From: Chitinophagales bacterium
GTDB lineage: Bacteria > Bacteroidota > Bacteroidia > Chitinophagales > Saprospiraceae
Assembly: GCA_031374645.1 (NCBI GenBank)
Contig: JANMGN010000225.1
Span: 1 to 52,807 of the forward strand
Direction: 5' to 3'
DNA length: 52,807 nucleotides
Positions 43,514-51,778 of the stretch are shown piece by piece (position 1 is the stretch's first letter; every line of letters starts with the position of its first letter). Under the pieces are notes generated by a model. The model saw only the letters and a list, made by a program, of their open reading frames with translations. It searched no databases and was not told where the DNA came from. A program made the position numbers and the translations under genes.

Positions 43514-44758
43514 ATGACCAATTCGAGTATTTTAATATACAATATAAAGCAGCTTTTTCAGGTAGAAGAAAAAGCACGTACTGTCATAAAAGGCGAAGCT
43601 ATGCAAGTGCTTTCCAATATCGAAAATGCTTGGTTATTAATTGATAATCAGCGTATTATAGCCTTTGGAAAAATGGACAATTGTCCAGAAAATGCTTCAA
43701 AAAAAATTGATGCAACAGGTAAAATGGTCTTGCCAACTTGGTGTGACTCACATACGCATATCGTGTTTGCTGGTAGCCGAGAAGGAGAGTTTTTAGACAA
43801 AATAAAAGGCGTACCTTATGAAGAAATCGCTCGAAAAGGTGGTGGAATTTTAAATTCCGCCAACCGTTTGCAAAATACGTCCGAAGATGCACTTTTTGAA
43901 GCTGCTTGGAAACGGCTCGAAGAGGTTGCTACTTTCGGAACAGGTGCGATAGAAATAAAAAGTGGCTATGGTTTGACGACCGATTCTGAGTTGAAAATCT
44001 TGCGTGTTATCCGACGATTGAAAGAAAAATCTTTGCTCGAAATAAAAGCTACTTTTTTAGGTGCACATACTTTCCCGATGTCTTATAGGGAGAACCGGCA
44101 AGGTTATATCTCGCTGATTATCAACGAGATGTTGCCAAAAATTGCTAATGAAAACCTCGCCGATTACATTGATGTTTTTTGTGAAAAAGTTGCTTTTAGC
44201 GTTGCCGAAACGGAGCAAATCATAGAAGCTGGCTTAAAATACGGCTTGAAACCAAAAATCCATACCAACCAATTTAATTGCATGGGCGGCATAGAAGCAA
44301 GTGTAAAACATGGCGCAATTTCGGTTGATCACCTCGAAGTTTTGACCGATGAAGAAATCGCTGTTTTACAAAAAAGCGATACGATTGCTACCCTTTTGCC
44401 TTCTGCTCCTTTTTTCTTAAACGATGCTTTTACGCCTGCGAGAAAAATGCTCGACGCTGGAATTACGGTCGCTTTGGCGAGTGATTATAACCCTGGTTCA
44501 TCGCCTTCGGGCAATATGCAATTTGTACTTTCATTGGCTTGTATAAAAATGAAAATGACACCCGAAGAAGCCATCAATGCAGCCACGCTAAACGGTGCCG
44601 CTGCTATGGAATTGGCAGAAAATTACGGTTCTATCGGGCGTGGAAAAATTGCTAACATATTGATAACCAAAGAGATACCTTCTATACACTTTTTGCCTTA
44701 CGCTTTCGGAAGTCAGTTGGTAGAGAAAGTAATTTTGAAAGGTAAAGAGATTTTTTAG
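43514..44758 (+). CDS. hutI: Imidazolonepropionase (amidohydrolase superfamily)
   Basis: 414 aa. The metal-binding signature is PTWCDSHTHIVFAGSR. Later motifs are GAHTFP, KIHTNQF, SVDHLE and ALASDYNPGSSP. These match the HutI pattern. Confidence 0.88.
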   Translation: MTNSSILIYNIKQLFQVEEKARTVIKGEAMQVLSNIENAWLLIDNQRIIAFGKMDNCPENASKKIDATGKMVLPTWCDSHTHIVFAGSREGEFLDKIKGVPYEEIARKGGGILNSANRLQNTSEDALFEAAWKRLEEVATFGTGAIEIKSGYGLTTDSELKILRVIRRLKEKSLLEIKATFLGAHTFPMSYRENRQGYISLIINEMLPKIANENLADYIDVFCEKVAFSVAETEQIIEAGLKYGLKPKIHTNQFNCMGGIEASVKHGAISVDHLEVLTDEEIAVLQKSDTIATLLPSAPFFLNDAFTPARKMLDAGITVALASDYNPGSSPSGNMQFVLSLACIKMKMTPEEAINAATLNGAAAMELAENYGSIGRGKIANILITKEIPSIHFLPYAFGSQLVEKVILKGKEIF

Positions 44759-46201
44759 ATGAATATTAAAACACATTTCCCTTTTTGGATTTTAACTTTG
44801 GGACTGGCAATTTTTTTGCTTGCGCCATTTTATGTCCAAGATGGAATGTTTACAGATGGCACTATTTACGCAAGTGTTTCAAGGAATTTGGCAGAAGGAG
44901 TTGGCGAGTATTGGCAACCTTTGTTCGGTTGTGCGAGTAAAAAAATCTTTTATGAGCAGCCGCCTTTTGCACTATGGTTACAATCTTTTTTCTTCCGTTT
45001 TTTGGGCAATAGTTTTTTTACCGAACGTATTTATTGCGCTTTTACATACATTTCTGCTTGTTTTTCACTTTTTTACTTTTGGAAAATACTAAATCCGACA
45101 CAAGCAAAAATGGCTTGGTTGCCTATTCTGTTATATACTTTTACGCCACTTGTTTTTTGGTCGTCTCGACACAATATGCTCGAAAACACCATGCTTATTT
45201 TTGATTTATGGGCAATTATTTTCTTTTTTAAAACGATTAAAAACGATATTTTTTTAGCGAAAGAAAATAGCCTAAATCTGGCATTAGGAACATTTTTTAT
45301 TTTTCTGAGCGTACTTACAAAAGGTTTGGTGGGACTTTTTCCACTTGCTTTTTTTGGCCTGGCGTATTTGGTTTATTTAAAAAAAATTAAATACTTCTTA
45401 TTACAAGGCGTTTCGATTAGTGTATTGCTTGTCGCCTATTTCGCTTTGCTTTTTGCTATTTTTCCAAAATCATTCTATTTTTTTAAGCAATACATTGATA
45501 TTCAGTTACTTAGAAGCCTTCGTGGCGAACGAGAGGCTTATGATTCTGGTGGAAAATTCTTATTATTAGAAAGACTTCCACAAGAATTAATTCCTATGTT
45601 TTTAGTCGCTTTTTTAGTAGTAATTATCAATTATTTAATCAAAAAAAAAGTATTTTTAAAAATTCAAAAAGAGATTTTGCTATTGATTCTAATTGGTTTA
45701 TCTGCGTCTTTGCCTATGCTTATCAGTCCGAAACAGCACAGCTATTATCTTGTCCCTTGCTTTGTTTATTTTGCTTTGGCGGTCGCACAATTTATTTTAA
45801 CACATATAAAAGAAGTGGCAGATTATTTTTCAGCTAAAAAAAATATTTTTTATTTAGACAAAATATTCTTATCAACTACTTCTATGTTTTTGATTATTAG
45901 CATTTTATACACTACAAAAAAATACAATACATATAGTCGAGATGAAATAATTTTACGTGATGTTCATATTTTAGAAAAAAATATTCCCAATTGTACTCCC
46001 TTAGAATTAGATGCGATTTATTACAGTGAATATTTTATAGGTGCTTATCTTCAACGTTATGGAAATTTTGAAGCTGTTTTTGACAATCAGCAATCAGCGT
46101 TTTTTTTATCTCCAATAAATGTAAATTTAGAACATAAAGGCTATTCGAGAGATACGGTTCTTGGTTTAAAATATTTTGCGCTCTGGAAAAAAGGTAAATA
46201 A
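44759..46201 (+). CDS. ArnT/PMT-like GT-C family membrane glycosyltransferase (predicted)
   Basis: 480 aa and polytopic. The first loop has an acidic/aromatic motif (YVQDGMFTDGTIYASVSRNLAEG...YEQPPFALWL) like GT39/GT83 enzymes. Its start ATG overlaps the hutI stop (TAGATG). Confidence 0.6.
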   Translation: MNIKTHFPFWILTLGLAIFLLAPFYVQDGMFTDGTIYASVSRNLAEGVGEYWQPLFGCASKKIFYEQPPFALWLQSFFFRFLGNSFFTERIYCAFTYISACFSLFYFWKILNPTQAKMAWLPILLYTFTPLVFWSSRHNMLENTMLIFDLWAIIFFFKTIKNDIFLAKENSLNLALGTFFIFLSVLTKGLVGLFPLAFFGLAYLVYLKKIKYFLLQGVSISVLLVAYFALLFAIFPKSFYFFKQYIDIQLLRSLRGEREAYDSGGKFLLLERLPQELIPMFLVAFLVVIINYLIKKKVFLKIQKEILLLILIGLSASLPMLISPKQHSYYLVPCFVYFALAVAQFILTHIKEVADYFSAKKNIFYLDKIFLSTTSMFLIISILYTTKKYNTYSRDEIILRDVHILEKNIPNCTPLELDAIYYSEYFIGAYLQRYGNFEAVFDNQQSAFFLSPINVNLEHKGYSRDTVLGLKYFALWKKGK

Positions 46202-46212
46202 GTAGTTACACT

Positions 46213-48699
46213 CTAAACTGGATCAACATCTATCAAAACATCTACGGAAGATAAACCTTTTAGTGCTTTTAAATCTACAACACTATTTAAAATTAGTTCT
46301 TTTGTAAATACAATTTTAGCGTTGTCACGCTCAATTTTCAACATAATATCCACCAAATAGTAGCTCCGAAGTCTTGGAATACTCGGCAATGCTGGACCAA
46401 TAACCCGTCTTCCAAGTTCTTTTTTGAGCATATTTGCAAACAGTTTTCCTGCTTCGTTTACCACTTCTGGTTTTTTGTGTCGTAATGTTATTTTTATCAA
46501 ACGATAAAAAGGTGGATACAAAAATTCCTGTCTTTCTTTGAGTTCTCTTTTGTAAAAACCAAGAAAATCATTGGTCAAAACATCACGTAAAACAGGATGT
46601 GTCGGATTAGAAGTTTGTATCACAACCTTGCCTTGTTTTTCTCGTCTTCCTGCTCGTCCGCTGACCTGTGTTAGCAATTGAAAAGCCCTTTCGCCAGCTC
46701 TAAAATCTGGAAAAAACAACAAACTATCCGCATTAATAACGCCAACCACAGTCACATTATCGAAGTCAAGTCCTTTCGTAACCATCTGCGTACCGACCAT
46801 CACATCAAGGCGTTTTTCTTCAAAATCATTGATGAGTTGAGCGTGTGCATTTTTAGTTTTTATGGTATCCGTATCCATACGCCCAATGTTTGCTTCGGGC
46901 AAATAAATACGTATATCGTCTTCTACCTTTTCCGTCCCTAAACCTTTGACAGACAGCGAATTAGAACCACAAGCAGCACATACTTTCGGTACAACTGCAT
47001 AGTGCCCGCAATAGTGGCAACGCAGCGAATTAACCGCTTTATGGTACGTCAAACTCACATCACAATTGTCACAATCTGATTTGCAACCGCAAGTTTCACA
47101 TTGCATATAAGGAGCGTAACCACGTCGATTTTGAAACAAAATAACTTGCTGTTTTTCTGCCAAAGCAGTTTTAATCGTTTCTAAAAGCGTACTTGAAAAA
47201 TGCGCTTGCATTCTTCGCTCTTTTCGCTCTTTTAATGTATTGGCAAAAATAATTTCGGGTAATTTTACACCTCCAAAACGCTCCATCATTGTTACCAAAC
47301 CGTACTTATCGTGGCTGGCATTGTAGTAAGTTTCGATAGCTGGCGTAGCAGTTCCTAACAACACTTTTGCCTGATGTTTTTGTGCCAATACTATCGCCGC
47401 ATCTCGTGCATGATAGCGTGGCGACGGCTCAGTCTGCTTATAAGAAGGATCATGTTCCTCATCTACAATGACGAGTTTCAGGTTATTAAAAGGTAAAAAT
47501 AAGCTCGACCTTGCGCCCAAAATAAGAGATTTCCCCAAAAGCGCATTGCGCCAAAGTTCCACCCGTTCATTATCGCTAAACTTAGAGTGATAAACAGAAA
47601 TATATTCGCTAAAAATCTTTTGTAATCGAGCGACCAACTGAGTAGTCAGTGCGATTTCTGGCAACAAATAAAGCACCTGTTCGCCCCGTAAAATCGCTTC
47701 GGCAATCAATTCTATGTAAACTCTCGTTTTACCACTTCCAGTAATTCCATGCAACAAAACGACATTTTTTTCCTCAAAACACGTTTTTATTTTATCGACA
47801 GCCGTTTTTTGAAGCTCAGAAAGTGGTGGAATTGTTTCGGTATTTTCCTCATATATATTCAAGCGAGAAGATTCTCTTTTGTAAACTTCAAAAATTCCTT
47901 TTTTCTCCATTGCCTTCAAAACGGAGCTATCTACCTGAGCAGCTGCATATATTTCTTGCGCCAAAACTTCCTCTTGGTTTCTTGCAATTTGAATAAAAGC
48001 CATCAATGCTTCGAGTTGTCGTCCCGATTTTTGTTCTATTTTTCCAAAAGCCTCCGCCAATTTTTTTTCGTCAGAGCGATAAGGCTCTTGCAAACGAACA
48101 CAAGTTACCGTTTTTGCCTTGTACTTGATTTTTAGCTCTGCTTTTACCAAAATAACCTTTTTTTCGAGCAAACGATACACCATTGGGCGCACCGTTTTCA
48201 TATTGAGGATTTTTTGTACCTGCTCTATCGAAAGCTCTTTTTGAATAGTCAGTGCTTCATAAATCAGATACTCTTTGTCCGTTAAGTTATCTATATTTTC
48301 ATCAAAAGAAGGATGCAAAATAACTTGTGTTTCGCTATCCAATTTCAAACCGCTGGGCAAAGCAGCATTCATAACTTCGCCAATCGTACAGCAATAATAA
48401 GAAGAAAGCCATTGCCAAAAATCAAGTTGCGTACGAGTAATAATCGCATCTTTATCTATGACAGAAATAATTTCACGTGCCTCGTATTTTTCAGGCGCTG
48501 TCTGGTGAATATCAATCACAATAGCTGAATAAACCTTATTTTTTCCAAAAGGGACTTCTACTCTAATACCAAAAACGAGTTCGTTCACAAAATCGAGTGG
48601 TACACGATAAGTGAAAGGTTTTGGTACAGCCAAAGGCAAAAGCACCGTTACAAAAGTATTAGAATCGTATTCTGCGTGGAGTAGATTAATTTGTTCCAT
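46213..48699 (-). CDS. priA: Primosomal replication-restart helicase PriA
   Basis: 828 aa. It has Walker A (LLHGITGSGKT) and DEAH-type (VIVDEEHD) motifs. The Cys-rich zinc-binding insert reads CETCGCKSDCDNCDVSLTYHKAVNSLRCHYCG...CAACGS. Helicase motif VI is QVSGRAGR. Confidence 0.93.
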   Translation of the reverse strand: MEQINLLHAEYDSNTFVTVLLPLAVPKPFTYRVPLDFVNELVFGIRVEVPFGKNKVYSAIVIDIHQTAPEKYEAREIISVIDKDAIITRTQLDFWQWLSSYYCCTIGEVMNAALPSGLKLDSETQVILHPSFDENIDNLTDKEYLIYEALTIQKELSIEQVQKILNMKTVRPMVYRLLEKKVILVKAELKIKYKAKTVTCVRLQEPYRSDEKKLAEAFGKIEQKSGRQLEALMAFIQIARNQEEVLAQEIYAAAQVDSSVLKAMEKKGIFEVYKRESSRLNIYEENTETIPPLSELQKTAVDKIKTCFEEKNVVLLHGITGSGKTRVYIELIAEAILRGEQVLYLLPEIALTTQLVARLQKIFSEYISVYHSKFSDNERVELWRNALLGKSLILGARSSLFLPFNNLKLVIVDEEHDPSYKQTEPSPRYHARDAAIVLAQKHQAKVLLGTATPAIETYYNASHDKYGLVTMMERFGGVKLPEIIFANTLKERKERRMQAHFSSTLLETIKTALAEKQQVILFQNRRGYAPYMQCETCGCKSDCDNCDVSLTYHKAVNSLRCHYCGHYAVVPKVCAACGSNSLSVKGLGTEKVEDDIRIYLPEANIGRMDTDTIKTKNAHAQLINDFEEKRLDVMVGTQMVTKGLDFDNVTVVGVINADSLLFFPDFRAGERAFQLLTQVSGRAGRREKQGKVVIQTSNPTHPVLRDVLTNDFLGFYKRELKERQEFLYPPFYRLIKITLRHKKPEVVNEAGKLFANMLKKELGRRVIGPALPSIPRLRSYYLVDIMLKIERDNAKIVFTKELILNSVVDLKALKGLSSVDVLIDVDPV

Positions 48700-48758
48700 A
48701 GTATATTTACAGTAGTCGAAAAAAGTAGCGATTATTTTAGTCCGACTACTTGAATGCC

Positions 48759-48766
48759 CAAAATTA
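48759..48766 (-). promoter_or_regulatory. Bacteroidetes -7 promoter motif (TAnnTTTG on minus strand) upstream of priA
   Basis: The plus strand reads CAAAATTA, which is TAATTTTG on the minus strand. It lies 60 nt upstream of the ATG at 48699. Confidence 0.35.
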
Positions 48767-49024
48767 CGGCGTTTAATTGAAAATACAATATATAAAAGAT
48801 GGTTAAAATAAAAAGCATTTGAATTTTTAGAAAATTAAAATAAACTTACACAGTAGGTAAATAATACTTGTGGCTTTATCTTGATATTATAAAAAAAAAT
48901 TAGCAATTGTTACAACGGTATGAAAAAAACGTTTTAACTTCGTCGTCGAGTAACAAACTACTTCTATGATGTATTTTTATTTCAAACGCTTACACAATTT
49001 TTCTTATACTTTGACTTTTAGCTT

Positions 49025-50122
49025 ATGACCGATTTACTACACAAAATTGCTTTGACAAAAATAGCTGGCGTTGGTTCAATCACAGCACGACAGCTGGTCA
49101 GTCATTGTGGTGGCGCAAAAGAAGTTTTTGAAACAAGCCGACAAGATTTGCTCAAAATCCCTTCAATTGGTCAGGTTACAGTAGATGCGCTAAAAGCCTC
49201 CGCAGCTGCATTAGAAGAAGCCGAAAAAGAACTTGAATTTATAGAAAAACACGACATACAAGCCTTATTTTATACAGATACTGCCTTTCCACAACGTTTA
49301 AAATTTCAGCACGACTGTCCATTTTTATTATATTTTAAAGGAAATGCAAACCTAAATCACAATCGTATAGTAGGTGTAGTAGGAACAAGAAAACCTACAC
49401 CTTACGGCGAAATGATGTGCAAAGAAATCATAGAAGGTTTAAAGGCTTATAATGTAATGATAGTCAGTGGCTTAGCTTACGGAATTGACATCACTGCACA
49501 CAAAAAAAGTGTTGATTTGGGTATAGAAAACATAGGTGCAGTAGCACACGGACTTTCCCTTATTTACCCTAACGACCACCGCAAAGTCGCTGCAAAAATG
49601 ATAGAATGTGGCGGAATTATTACAGAATATACCAGCGAAACACCGCCCGATGCAAGACATTTTCCAATGCGAAATCGAATTATTGCAGGCATGTGCGATG
49701 CGCTTTTGGTAGTAGAAACTGCCGAAAGTGGCGGCTCTATGATTAGCGCAGAATTGGCATTTTCCTACAATAAAGATGTTTTTGCTGTGCCTGGCAGAAC
49801 AAAAGAAAAATATTCGCAAGGTTGTAATTTATTGATAAAAACTAACAAAGCAGCTTTGGTAGAAAGTGCAGCAGACATCGCTACGGCTATGAATTGGGAG
49901 CTTTTAGATGCGAAAAAAAGTATCCAAACCAACCTTTTTGTCACACTCGAACCAAATGAGCAACGCCTTATAGATATTCTTAATCAAGATGGAACGTCGA
50001 GTATAGATGTACTTTCTTCCAAAATGAATTTATTACCAAGCGAGATGGCATCTTTACTCTTAAATTTGGAGTTTAAAGCAGTTATAAAATCCCTTCCTGG
50101 CAAACGATATTGCGCTATTTGA
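49025..50122 (+). CDS. dprA: DNA-processing protein DprA (Smf)
   Basis: 365 aa. It has an N-terminal SAM-like HhH region (IALTKIAGVGSITARQLV) and a Rossmann-like DprA core (IVGVVGTRKPTPYGE...VSGLAYGIDITAHK...GGSMISAELA). A C-terminal winged-helix-like tail follows. It ends on TGA. Confidence 0.9.
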   Translation: MTDLLHKIALTKIAGVGSITARQLVSHCGGAKEVFETSRQDLLKIPSIGQVTVDALKASAAALEEAEKELEFIEKHDIQALFYTDTAFPQRLKFQHDCPFLLYFKGNANLNHNRIVGVVGTRKPTPYGEMMCKEIIEGLKAYNVMIVSGLAYGIDITAHKKSVDLGIENIGAVAHGLSLIYPNDHRKVAAKMIECGGIITEYTSETPPDARHFPMRNRIIAGMCDALLVVETAESGGSMISAELAFSYNKDVFAVPGRTKEKYSQGCNLLIKTNKAALVESAADIATAMNWELLDAKKSIQTNLFVTLEPNEQRLIDILNQDGTSSIDVLSSKMNLLPSEMASLLLNLEFKAVIKSLPGKRYCAI

Positions 50123-50152
50123 GAAAACTAAAATTGGTAAAAGTAATTAATC

Positions 50153-50190
50153 CATTGCAGCCAAACTACTACCGTCGTATGGCTGCAATG
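50153..50190 (+). terminator. 10-bp hairpin downstream of dprA (possible terminator, no clear T-run)
   Basis: cattgcagcc (50153-50162) pairs with ggctgcaatg (50181-50190) around an 18-nt loop. It is followed by a second weak hairpin, tagca...tgcta. The lack of a U-tract lowers confidence. Confidence 0.3.
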
Positions 50191-50427
50191 TAGCATAAAA
50201 TCGTTTCTTTGCTACAAAAAAACACCTAAAAAACATTTTTTTTCTCTTTTTTATTGGTAGAAATAAAATATTGTTTATTTTGCACTATTATTGTGTAAAA
50301 AGCATTTTCAAGTATAAATATTTAAAGAAAATAACGCTGCAATAATACTTTTCAGAACAATCTAAATATTAAAAATACTTAGAATATATTTAGAAATTGC
50401 GATAACTTAGTTCAAAAAAGCCAAAAT

Positions 50428-51642
50428 ATGAAACAAAACATTACGATTTTATGTATTGCAAGTTATTTTAAAGGGGAGGAATTTATGCGTGCTGCAAAAG
50501 AAGCTGGCGCAACTGTTTTTTTGATAACGTCAAAAAAACTCGACTATAAACCTTGGCCCTGGGAGAGTATAGATGATACTTTTTATGTTCACGATGACGG
50601 CAAAGACAACTGGAATATGGAAGATGTTGTCAGTGGTTTGGCTTACGTGATGAGGAGTAGAAATATTGATAGAATTGTTTCGCTCGATGATTTTGATGTA
50701 GAAAAAGGGGCTTTGCTTCGTGAAAATTTCCGCATCGCTGGTATGGGACAAACAACAGCTCGCTACTTCCGTGACAAACTCGCAATGCGTGTACAAGCGC
50801 AAAATGAAGGCGTAAATGTACCCGCTTTTACGGCCCTTTTCAATGATGAAGCTATCAATGATTACATCTCTAAAACGGCTGCACCTTGGCTGATAAAACC
50901 ACGTGGCGAAGCCTCAGCGACAGGCATCAAAAAAGTACATTCTGCACACGAACTTTGGGAAGCTATTCACAGTTTGGGACAAAAAAGGCATCAATATTTG
51001 GTGGAGCAATTTCGCCCTGGCGATGTTTATCATGTTGATGCACTGAGTTTGGATAAAAAAGTTATTTTTGCAAGAGTAAGCCGTTATTTAGCAACACCTA
51101 TGGAAGTGGCGTACGGCGGTGGTGTTTTTCGCTCTATCACGGAAACTTTTGGTTCAAAAGACGAAAAAGCATTACTCAAAATGAACGAACAAGTGATGAA
51201 AGCCTTTGGCATGAATTACAGCGCATCGCATACAGAATTTATAAAAAGCAAAGAAGATGGCAAATTTTATTTCCTCGAAACGGCTTCTCGTGTAGGTGGC
51301 GCAAACTTGGCAGAAATGGTAGAATATTCTTCTGGTATAAACCTTTGGCGAGAATGGGCAAATATAGAAATAGCCGTTGCGAGAGGCGAAAATTATACCC
51401 TGCCGCCTGTTCGCAATGATTACTCAGGCATTATAGTATCTCTTTCTCGTTTTGAGCATCCTGATAATTCTTCATTTACGGACAAAGAAATTGCTTGGCG
51501 AATGGACAAAGAATATCACATCGGGCTTATTGTGCAAGATAAAAAAGAAGCAAAAATTTTAGAATTATTAGACCAATATGCGGAACGTGTGAAAAATGAA
51601 TTTCACGCTTCCATGCCAATTAGCGACAAACCGACGAGCTAA
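50428..51642 (+). CDS. ATP-grasp domain ligase (L-amino-acid-ligase/carboxylate-amine-ligase-like), substrate unknown
   Basis: 404 aa. It has a pre-ATP-grasp N-domain, DKLAMRVQAQNEGVNVP, an ATP-binding Lys region (PWLIKPRGEASATGIKKV), YLVEQFRPGDVYHVDAL, and the Mg/ATP motif HTEFIK...KFYFLETASRVGGANL. Confidence 0.75.
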   Translation: MKQNITILCIASYFKGEEFMRAAKEAGATVFLITSKKLDYKPWPWESIDDTFYVHDDGKDNWNMEDVVSGLAYVMRSRNIDRIVSLDDFDVEKGALLRENFRIAGMGQTTARYFRDKLAMRVQAQNEGVNVPAFTALFNDEAINDYISKTAAPWLIKPRGEASATGIKKVHSAHELWEAIHSLGQKRHQYLVEQFRPGDVYHVDALSLDKKVIFARVSRYLATPMEVAYGGGVFRSITETFGSKDEKALLKMNEQVMKAFGMNYSASHTEFIKSKEDGKFYFLETASRVGGANLAEMVEYSSGINLWREWANIEIAVARGENYTLPPVRNDYSGIIVSLSRFEHPDNSSFTDKEIAWRMDKEYHIGLIVQDKKEAKILELLDQYAERVKNEFHASMPISDKPTS

Positions 51643-51778
51643 AGCCCCATTCCGACCTTCCCTAATTCGTGTTAAATTCTTTTTAGCATAAATTAGTGAT
51701 ACAGCTATAATAATTCGTGTTACGAGTTTAAGATACGTTAAGTTTTAAAAACAATAAAAGCCAATAACCATTTTAATT

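Noticed and set aside
50123-50427. I looked for a graspetide/microviridin-type precursor peptide ORF next to the ATP-grasp genes (also in 51643-51778).
   Set aside because: The only plus-strand ATG-initiated ORF in the upstream spacer is MAAM-stop. The inter-gene spacer has no ORF. A 29-codon minus-strand ORF (MFFRCFFVAKK...) has no Thr/Ser/Asp/Glu-rich core and points away from the ligase genes. There is no support for a RiPP precursor within the window.
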